This document shows, piece by piece, positions 58,725 through 64,000 of a stretch of 64,000 nt of DNA. Source of the stretch: Epithemia pelagica (lineage: Eukaryota; Protista; Bacillariophyta); contig OX337240.1 in NCBI GenBank assembly GCA_946965045.2, positions 496,001-560,000 on the forward strand, read 5' to 3'. Below the pieces are notes generated by a model. That model saw only the letters and a program-made list of their open reading frames with translations, made no database searches and was not told the origin of the DNA. Position 1 is the stretch's first letter, and the number at the start of each line of letters is the position of its first letter. A program made the translations under genes and the position numbers.

Positions 58725-59504
58725 TTAAGCTTCGGTCTCCGAATCCTCACCCTCTTCCGAATGATCAGAGTCGCTTCCAGGCTCAGATGGGGCAGCACAA
58801 GCAACAGAAGAAGGGGTATCACCTTCAGCCAGGTGGTTCTCGACCTCGGTACGCAAAGGGTAGATAGTTGCACGATGGTCCTCGATGGTATGGACCTCGT
58901 GGATGTAGGCAACGTAGTTATCTAGGCGTACAACGTTAGGAGGCAGAGGGCAAGTCGTCGCGTTCACGACGTGGATGGTATTGTAGTATCCAGTTGGGCG
59001 CTCGAAGGTTAGGAAGCGGAGGTGGACAGTACGGATGGGGTTGCCCGAGAGGGCGGCAAAGATGAGGCGACGCCTCGGAGAACGATGAAGTTGGTCGTTC
59101 AGACGGTCAATGTCTTCTTGGTCGACGATGTGGGTCACCGATTGGAACTGGCGTTCGATCTGGGTTTCCCCACGGATGATCTCGGGATCGAAGGTCGAAC
59201 AAGTTGGTTGGCGGAAGTACTTGATATGATCAGCAATCAACCGGGTGGTACGACGGGATCGAGAAGGGACGAGCCGACGAGGCGGACTCGGGGGCCGAAG
59301 CAACGGCGCAGGGATTGGAGCGTGAGGCTGGGTTGGAGTCTCGAATGGGTTGCTGTTGGAACTGTCGACGGAGATGTTGACCGATGTGTTGGCTGCCTTC
59401 GGCGTCGGCACCAGTTCCTGCTGCACCAGGGTATCGGGCTGCCCGGGATGCAGGTTGGCTCGATAGATCTGTCGTACAGGAGTGATAATCTCGTTAGTAT
59501 CCAT
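58725..59504 (-). CDS. Extra ORF (ORF0, 259 aa) between PBS and gag of element 2, unknown function
   Basis: ATG lies 37 nt after the 5' LTR and the ORF is intact. A homologous N-terminus occupies the same position in element 3 (ATG 61214). Confidence 0.65.
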   Translation of the reverse strand: MDTNEIITPVRQIYRANLHPGQPDTLVQQELVPTPKAANTSVNISVDSSNSNPFETPTQPHAPIPAPLLRPPSPPRRLVPSRSRRTTRLIADHIKYFRQPTCSTFDPEIIRGETQIERQFQSVTHIVDQEDIDRLNDQLHRSPRRRLIFAALSGNPIRTVHLRFLTFERPTGYYNTIHVVNATTCPLPPNVVRLDNYVAYIHEVHTIEDHRATIYPLRTEVENHLAEGDTPSSVACAAPSEPGSDSDHSEEGEDSETEA

Positions 59505-59527
59505 GAAACCACAAGGAAATAAGCTTT

Positions 59528-59540
59528 GAGACTGTTAATC
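59528..59540 (-). promoter_or_regulatory. PBS of element 2 (GATTAACAGTCTC), complementary to a tRNA-Asn(GUU) anticodon arm
   Basis: Abuts the LTR. Its complement GAGAC-U-GUU-AAUC fits an anticodon loop. An identical 13-mer is in element 3. Confidence 0.7.
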
Positions 59541-60323
59541 TGTTACAATTCTTTCTGAATCGTAGGGACATTGATGCTCGGTAGAGCAGACAATCAGGTA
59601 GGTCACCAACCGATACAAGCTTCTCAGGGTCAGAGAAGCAAGCAAGTCGAAGTCTATCAGAAGGATAGTCGGGACACAAAAGAGGATGTGATAAATGGTG
59701 ATATTGTTAGATTGTGTGTTGATTACTACGATAGGTCTACGTGAAATGTTCGGTCCTGCCAAGGGTTATGTGTCATAGGTTCTTGGCGGCAACAGGTTTG
59801 GAATAGTTGGAGTCGATTCATGTGATGTATATGACATGTATATGTGGGCGGATAACATATACAGGGTCAACAGCTCTTGCTTTGGGTTGGCATAGTTGTT
59901 TTCATGGCGCGCAGCTTGTTGACAATTTGGAGATTGTGGGAATGGAAATATGGTCTCGCGTGATCGTGTGTCGTGCTTGGGATACTTAGACCGTTGGATC
60001 GGATAGATACCGATAGCGCTCGGATGTCGCTTGGGCGCGCTCGATGATTTCGGGCGCGTACGCTTAGGGCGTTAGTATAATGTCCGAGCAACGGCCAAAT
60101 TTATGTCCGTTGTAATACCGCACGACCCAGTTTAGTCTTGAGAGTGAGTTCGTCAATCTATTCTCACTTTTCATGATTTGCGAAGAAATATAGGTCGATA
60201 TAGCGCGAAGCTAGGGAACATAGCTCGAAGCTAGATGGCATGATGCGATAGCACGAGGCTATGTGACATGGGGAATCGATGAGATGTAGAATCTAACCAC
60301 CATAGACGGTGAGAATTCTAACA
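59541..60323 (-). repeat. 5' LTR of element 2
   Basis: Matches 51940-52722 at a constant offset of 7601. Confidence 0.95.
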
Positions 60324-60416
60324 CTCGGAAGGGGACCACTGGCCTTTTCCTGGACGAGGATTTGCTTCGAGTCGTACTGAAGACATGAGGATGCGTTCTT
60401 GTCCATCAAAGATATC

Positions 60417-61175
60417 TGTTAGGATTCTCACCGAAAACTAGGTGGCGAAACCTACAACTCATCGAATGATGCTAGTATTTTATGGCATCCGATGACATTT
60501 TCCTAAAAATGAGAAAAGAATGTCGGCATGCTCGCGAAACTATAAATTTGGCCACGGCATGCTCGCAGTGCACGCGTTATCGGCGACCGCTCGGATATTA
60601 ACTATGGCCCAACACGTGCGCGCCCAAAACTATCAAGTGCGCGCCTCTACTATCCGAGTACGCGCATCCACGATTCGACCTAACGGTCTATGTAATCAAA
60701 GCACGAATCACGATCACGCGAGACCATATCTCTGTTCCCACAAATCCAAGAATGCAAACAGCAACGCGCCCAGGACAAGACTTATACCACGACAAAGCAA
60801 GAGCTGTTGCATCCCATACATGTTATCCATCACCCTATACATTCAATATACACCAATGCCGGTCTACTCCAACCAGTGAGGACCTATCACACCAGATCCA
60901 TGGCCGTATGCAAGAGCCAGGACTTCGGCACCATCAACCACCTTAGTTAGTAATCGTCTCACAATCATTAATATCACCATTTTAACACTCATCTTAAGAC
61001 TTTTTCTCTTATCAGTGGACCGACTGCCCCCACCCACGGCGGACTTCGACTTGCAACTCTTCTCTGACCCGTGGAGGATTGTTGTATCGGTTGGTGATTC
61101 GATTGTCGGCTCAGCGAGCCTTTTACCTATCCTAACTATCTGTCTAACCCCTGTTGAATCGAGAGAAGTTTATCA
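60417..61175 (+). repeat. 5' LTR of element 3 (759 bp, TG...CA)
   Basis: Boundaries inferred from homology to the element 2 LTR start and from the PBS. The partner LTR is outside the window. Confidence 0.75.
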
Positions 61176-61188
61176 GATTAACAGTCTC
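61176..61188 (+). promoter_or_regulatory. PBS of element 3 (GATTAACAGTCTC)
   Basis: Identical to the element 2 PBS and abuts the LTR-terminal CA. Confidence 0.75.
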
Positions 61189-61443
61189 ATCGTTTATTTC
61201 CGAGAAGCTTTCGATGTCTCACGACGATTCCAACCTCTCTATTCGACACATCTTTCATTCCTTCCAACAAAGCGGGGAGGAACTCCATCCACCCGTGGCC
61301 CATCCGGGCGAGCCCTTGATTGAAACTCCGAAACCGACCCCGACTCAGGCCAGTGCTCCGAATCCCTTCCAGACCCCGGACCAAGTGGTCCAGCCTCCGT
61401 ATCATCCCGATCTCCCACTACATCCTCTACAACATCTCAATCC

Positions 61444-64000
61444 ATGTTAGATCTCTCTGCTTTCAAGAAAGGAACCAAAAGAGATGCAACAGCATTTGAA
61501 TCATTCAAAGACGAACGATACTTTGATTCGTTTTGGCGTGTATTCAAATCAACTGCGAAAGCACAAGGATTGTCGAATGTTCTTGATTTCAATTACAAGA
61601 TACCCAAGGATGACGAATGCGCAGAGTTACTTTTCCGAGAACAACAAGTCTTTGTCTATTCTGTACTTGTACGTATTATCCAAACCGACCAAGGAAGAGC
61701 ATACGTTCGAGAACATGAACATGATGAAGATGCAAGAGCCGTCTTGAAGAAACTCCATGTTCTACACACTGAATCTGATCTAGCTAAGCGAGAAGTGTTA
61801 CGCCTAACAAGCTACATTTCGAATCTTCGACTGGATGACTCTTGGCGTGGTACAACTCGTCAGTTTCTCCTACATTTCCAAGAACAGCTACGACTTCTGG
61901 ATAACCTTGTACCATTGTCGGATCGTATCCATGACCATACAAGGATGACCTTCCTTATGCAAGCTGTTGAAAAAGTACCTGATTTAAGACGAGTCAAGAT
62001 CTTGGATAACGTTGTCAACACAAAATCTGGAGCCAAGTCTCTCTGTTATCAATCATATTTCCGCCTGCTTCTTGATGCTGCTTTTGACCATGACCAAGCT
62101 ACCCGAACTTCTGCGTCTAACCGCCGTCGTCATGTAAAGCAACATGAATTTCAGTTGGATGAACCTTTTGAACCAGTGGAGTCCCCTGACTACCAGATCA
62201 ACAACACAAATATCCAATCCGAAAAGTCCCCAACTTCGTCGAAAATCAGCCTTCCAAGAGATGTATGGTTTAAACTCTCTGAAGAGGATCGGCAAATCAT
62301 TGTCGACTTCAATAAATCCGTCCAAGATTCCCCGACAACTCCACGCAAGGTCCAAACACATTCTCTTGACATTGATCCTGAACCAGATCCTGATCCTGAT
62401 GCCAACAACATTGGTGATACCCATCAAGATGCATCAGAACAAGATCCATTCGATACATCCTCTGATCCGGTTACCCAGTTCGTACACCAGGCTATTGCAT
62501 CGACAGATATCAATCATCCAGCATCTGACCTCAGCAACATCTTGTCAACTTCTACGACAAAATCAAGTCCTAAAGTCAAGTTCAAGTCTTCTGCTGATCA
62601 CAAGCAAAAGGTTCATATGTCACGATATCTATTCTCCCGCAAATCCACCTTTTCTGGTAATCAACTCATCGATCGAGGTGCCAATGGAGGCCTTGCAGGA
62701 TCTGACATGCGTATCCTTGCCAAAACCGGACGTCATATTACCATCGTAGGTATTGACAATCATGAATTGACTGGCCTTCCAGTTGTTACCTGTGCTGCCA
62801 AGTTTGATACAAGTGATGGACCCATTATTGGTATCTTCAATGAGTATGCCCACTATGGAAAGGGTTTATCTATCCATGCCCCAGCGCAATTTGAACATTT
62901 CGGCCTATCTGTCGACGAACGATCCGTCAAGGTTGATGGCAAACAACGCATTACTACCCTTGATGGACGCGCATTGCCCTTACGAATCAAGGATGGCCTT
63001 GCATACATTCAATCTCTGGGAATCCCTTCTGATGACGATATGGATAAATATCCGCATATTGTGTTCACTTCACCCCATATCTGGGATCCTTCTGTACTTG
63101 ACCATACCCATCCAGACCCCCATCAAGACCCTGCACCGAACTGGACATCTGTGGAGACTGATGGTAGTATGGAAACGTACCCCTATGACCAATATGGGGA
63201 GTATACCGATCGCGTTGTATGCACTTTGAATCTCCTCCTTGATCTCCCATATGATCATGGCCCCGATACACCCTCCTTCTTTTCCATCTATGCTGATCAA
63301 GATGGCAACGACCCCACACTTCATGCGTCTGTCCACAAACTCTACAAGGAACAATACGATTGGAAGAAATTTCGCCCTTTCTTTGGGTGGCAATCGGAAG
63401 ACGTAATCGCCGATACGTTCAAGCATACAACTCGTCATGGACACATTTCCTTTGACCAGGATACCTTGAAGAAACACTTTAAGGCCCGGAATCCTATCCT
63501 TAACCTCCCACGACGGCATGAACCCGTTGCCACTGACTCCATCTTCTCCGACACCCCGGCTGTTAACCATGGTGGCAAGATTGCTCAGATTTTTGTTGGT
63601 CGTGATACTTTGGTTACTGACATTTATGGTATCAAGTCTACCAAGCAATTCGTCAATACCCTCCAGGATAACATTCGTACACGTGGTGTCATGGAGACTT
63701 TGATCAGTGATGGTGGTTCGTCACTCATTTCCCACAAGGTCAAGGATATTCTTCGCACCCTTCTGATTGGTGAATACCGTTCCGAGCCCTATCACCAACA
63801 CCAGAACAAAGCTGAGAACCGCTATCAGACCGTTAAGCGTATGACCAATGCTATCATGAATGCATCTGGTTGCCCTGCTTCTGCATGGTTACTTTGTTTA
63901 GAATATGTGTGTGACCTCCTCAATCACACTTCCTCTCCCACCCACTCTGGCCGCACCCCTCTTGAGGCTCTTACCGGTACCCCACCCGACATTACCCATC
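61444..64000 (+). CDS. pol: Gag(N-truncated)-PR-IN polyprotein of element 3, open to the window end
   Basis: Manual translation from ATG 61444 (MLDLSAFKKGTKRD) has no stop through 64000 and contains LIDRGANGG, VATDSIF, LISDGG and QNKAENRYQ. It is absent from the ORF track, probably because it has no stop codon in the window. Confidence 0.85.
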   Translation, partial: MLDLSAFKKGTKRDATAFESFKDERYFDSFWRVFKSTAKAQGLSNVLDFNYKIPKDDECAELLFREQQVFVYSVLVRIIQTDQGRAYVREHEHDEDARAVLKKLHVLHTESDLAKREVLRLTSYISNLRLDDSWRGTTRQFLLHFQEQLRLLDNLVPLSDRIHDHTRMTFLMQAVEKVPDLRRVKILDNVVNTKSGAKSLCYQSYFRLLLDAAFDHDQATRTSASNRRRHVKQHEFQLDEPFEPVESPDYQINNTNIQSEKSPTSSKISLPRDVWFKLSEEDRQIIVDFNKSVQDSPTTPRKVQTHSLDIDPEPDPDPDANNIGDTHQDASEQDPFDTSSDPVTQFVHQAIASTDINHPASDLSNILSTSTTKSSPKVKFKSSADHKQKVHMSRYLFSRKSTFSGNQLIDRGANGGLAGSDMRILAKTGRHITIVGIDNHELTGLPVVTCAAKFDTSDGPIIGIFNEYAHYGKGLSIHAPAQFEHFGLSVDERSVKVDGKQRITTLDGRALPLRIKDGLAYIQSLGIPSDDDMDKYPHIVFTSPHIWDPSVLDHTHPDPHQDPAPNWTSVETDGSMETYPYDQYGEYTDRVVCTLNLLLDLPYDHGPDTPSFFSIYADQDGNDPTLHASVHKLYKEQYDWKKFRPFFGWQSEDVIADTFKHTTRHGHISFDQDTLKKHFKARNPILNLPRRHEPVATDSIFSDTPAVNHGGKIAQIFVGRDTLVTDIYGIKSTKQFVNTLQDNIRTRGVMETLISDGGSSLISHKVKDILRTLLIGEYRSEPYHQHQNKAENRYQTVKRMTNAIMNASGCPASAWLLCLEYVCDLLNHTSSPTHSGRTPLEALTGTPPDITH

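Larger units (their letters stand above)
51940..60323 (-). mobile_element. Full-length Ty1/copia (CoDi-like) LTR retrotransposon, element 2 (8384 bp)
   Basis: 783-bp LTRs with TGTTA...TAACA termini; 5-bp TSD CTCGG at 51935-51939 and 60324-60328; PBS, PPT and copia domain order present. Confidence 0.97.
60417..64000 (+). mobile_element. Ty1/copia element 3 (relative of element 2), 5' part; runs off the window
   Basis: LTR starts TGTTAGGATTCTCACCG (element 2: TGTTAGAATTCTCACCG) and ends TATCA at 61175. Same PBS as element 2, and Gag/PR/IN proteins clearly homologous to it. Confidence 0.9.

Noticed and set aside
59528-59540. tRNA-Asn gene on the plus strand
   Set aside because: Only a 13-nt anticodon-arm match is present, with no acceptor, D or T arms. 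It is interpreted as a PBS.

Overview
This is eukaryotic nuclear DNA with short GT-AG introns (mostly 60-170 nt, one 264 nt). It is most likely from a diatom; that is my inference from the CoDi-like copia elements, a bipartite plastid presequence and the gene families. About 40% of the window is transposon: three Ty1/copia LTR elements (1-8987, 51940-60323, 60417->64000), an apparently intact PIF/Harbinger DNA transposon (9082-12201) and a TA-flanked MITE (21779-22211). The main finding is a 9-exon minus-strand gene (21279->13375, 2418 aa after manual splicing, every intron phase consistent). It fuses a complete RecQ-type helicase with a eukaryotic QDE-1/RDR-type RNA-dependent RNA polymerase, so the two activities that cooperate as separate proteins (QDE-3 and QDE-1) in Neurospora quelling sit on one polypeptide. 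The central region holds an inverted pair of orphan paralogs and a birth-and-death cluster of two families of Cys-rich type I membrane proteins, including a chimeric copy. It also holds several single genes: ARM repeat, STI1-like, plastid PDZ-ferredoxin, SAM methyltransferase, small Tim, LOV-like PAS and a CaaX Zn-ribbon protein. The retroelements show several oddities: AGTC...GACT LTR termini, primer-binding sites matching a tRNA-Asn anticodon arm, an extra ORF upstream of gag, and two related elements inserted head-to-head 93 bp apart in one host reading frame. All domain calls come from motif recognition by eye; no database searches were run.
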